A DNA stretch of 63,039 bases, the filler included, from Conidiobolus incongruus B7586 (Eukaryota), in NCBI GenBank assembly GCA_000697335.1. It is 21 parts of 21 records of this genome, joined end to end, with 100 filler letters (N's around TTAATTAATTAA, not from the genome) between each part and the next. Parts side by side here need not be neighbours in the genome. Positions count along the whole stretch, not along the records: positions 61,222 to 63,039 come from JNEM01006928.1; 20 more parts are not named here. The stretch is one strand, 5' to 3'. Position 1 is the stretch's first letter. Each line of letters opens with the position of its first letter. A program made the translations under genes and the position numbers. Below are positions 61,222-63,039 of this stretch, piece after piece. The notes under the pieces are model-generated. The model was not told the DNA's origin. It worked only from the letters and a program-made list of their open reading frames with translations, and did no database searches.

Positions 61222-62767
61222 AATCAAAAACACTTATATTTTTACTAATAACTTGATTAATATTTAATAAAATAAATCTAAATTAAATAATTAAAATCTA
61301 TTATATTTATTAATTATATATATCATTAAATGATGATATTTAGCTATTAATTGACTAAAATATAAACCTTTAAATTTTACCTAGGGTGAGTTGTAAATTT
61401 GTGGGTTTTTGGTGATAAAAAAAATTAAAACCTAATATATCTACCTTTAGCTTTTCTAATTTCTTTAAGTTGGTGGGGTATAGAATCAACTAACTTCTTA
61501 TACTAAGAAAGGTTAATCTTGTTTTATATTTCTTAAATATATTCCTAAAGTTGATTTAAATCTTTAGTTAAGGGGAAAGCTTTAATAACTTTTTTTAATT
61601 AATCCCAAAGATATTTAATTAGATTAAAGTTAAAAGTTTGAAGAAGCTACTTTATAACTGTTATCTTGTTATTTTTAAGCTATTTGGTAATAGAAGCTAT
61701 AGTACAACAAAAGGTATTATCTTAGTAGAAAATAATATCAGATTTATTTAACCTATATTATTCAATGGTTTTTTTCAATTCATTGTTTAAAATACTTTAG
61801 TACATCTTAGTATTAATTCCCTTATTAACTTTACAAAGATACCCTACACCTAAAGATAATATATATCCCCAAACAATAATTAACCTACTATTGTACTTTT
61901 GGGTAAAATTAACATGATGGTTATAAAGTAGTTTTGTATCTTTTCTGAAACATCTAGCTTTTCTATCAAATTTACTAAAGTATATTTTTGTTTCATTAGA
62001 TTAAATAACCTTACTCTAATTAGTTTTAATTTAATATTAGTGATGACATTTAAACTCCTACCTAACTTTATAGTGGGATTTCTTTAGTTGGGGGTATTTT
62101 TTCTTAAGATATAAATGATATCAATGTTAATATAAAGCACATATAATAGTATCAATATTAACTAATATTCTTATATAGTTTTATAATTCCTGTTGTATTT
62201 CTACAATAGTATTATATTTACTTATATTAATTAACCTACAAATATACTTCTCATCATATTCATCTATAATCCTAACACACTTAAGTTTAAGTTTAAATGT
62301 GTTTTTATTGCTATTCTTAACAACCCTAGCTATAATAAACTAGTTAACACTAGTAATTCTAGCAATATCATAAGTTGATTTACCTTTTTTATAAAGTTAA
62401 TTAATGTACAAGTAGATTTTTTTAGAGAGGGATTTAGGTATAATAATACTAATAAAAAAAATTTAGTATATCTGTAAAATATAATATAAAATAATAACAA
62501 AGAGAGAAAAAAGATATGGTTATATATTGTTAAATATATCCCTTTATCTCAAAAACCTGCAAATTTGTGACTTACCTTGGTTAAATATTAAAGGTTAATA
62601 TTTTTGCTAATAGTTTACTATATATATCTAAATATATTTATTTATTACTAAATAATATACTTTAATTATATATTATAATTTCAAGTAATCTAATATACAC
62701 AATTGTTTTAGTTATTAATTAATATATATATATTTTTGATTTTATAACTCACTTTTATAGGTTAGTG
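61222..62767 (-). mobile_element. Nearly full-length dead Tc1 copy, subfamily 1
   Basis: Colinear with 59503-61048; ends ACTCACTTTTATAGGTTAGTG-TA. Confidence 0.93.
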
Positions 62768-63039
62768 TATTAATATTTATAAATATCTATATTAATTTAT
62801 ATATTTGCTATTAAAATAATTACTATTTATATTTTTTTGAAAAATAACTTTTAATTAAAAAAACCAAATTATTAAGTTAAATATAAAATCAAATATTATT
62901 ATTGAAATTAAATCAAAACTTAATTTAATAATATTTTGTCAAATTAATAAATTTAAAATATATTATCAAATATTTTATAAAATTCATTATTAATAATAGG
63001 ATATCTTAAAATATTTACAATTATAAATTTAAAATATTA

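Noticed and set aside
26015..62767. Alternative genetic code or stop read-through making the transposases functional
   Set aside because: Stops fall at different positions in different copies, coincide with TGG/CAA/CAG consensus codons and accompany missense loss of catalytic Asp. Host genes use TAA/TAG/TGA as normal stops.

Overview
Extremely AT-rich eukaryotic DNA, most likely fungal. The 51-55 nt GT-AG introns, RGS and SH3 genes and gene style suggest an early-diverging fungus, but this is inference only. The window consists of 21 contig segments joined by 20 artificial 100-nt spacers (44 N + TTAATTAATTAA + 44 N). Host genes: a tandem family of three intact two-exon class I SAM-methyltransferase-like genes with a C-terminal hydrophobic hairpin plus one pseudogene, a tubby-C/LURP-one-like gene, a soluble split-RGS gene and a divergent SH3 gene. 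From about 26 kb onward it is largely a transposon graveyard. It holds about 20 copies or fragments of a 1.57-1.59 kb Tc1 (DD34E) element in three subfamilies, often nested, with an IR/DR-type end structure, plus mariner relics and a chromodomain-bearing Ty3/Gypsy element. Solo or truncated LTRs lie in the first 26 kb. The high-copy repeats are destroyed by dense C->T / G->A transitions biased to CpA/TpG and CpG (RIP-like). Near-identical 317-406 bp tracts shared by the tandem genes, and two GC-rich LTRs, are untouched. No rRNA, tRNA or CRISPR array was seen. The strongest leads are the selective RIP-like hypermutation, the mosaic (gene-converted) methyltransferase array and the IR/DR Tc1 family. 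I cannot establish from the sequence alone that any of these is undescribed.
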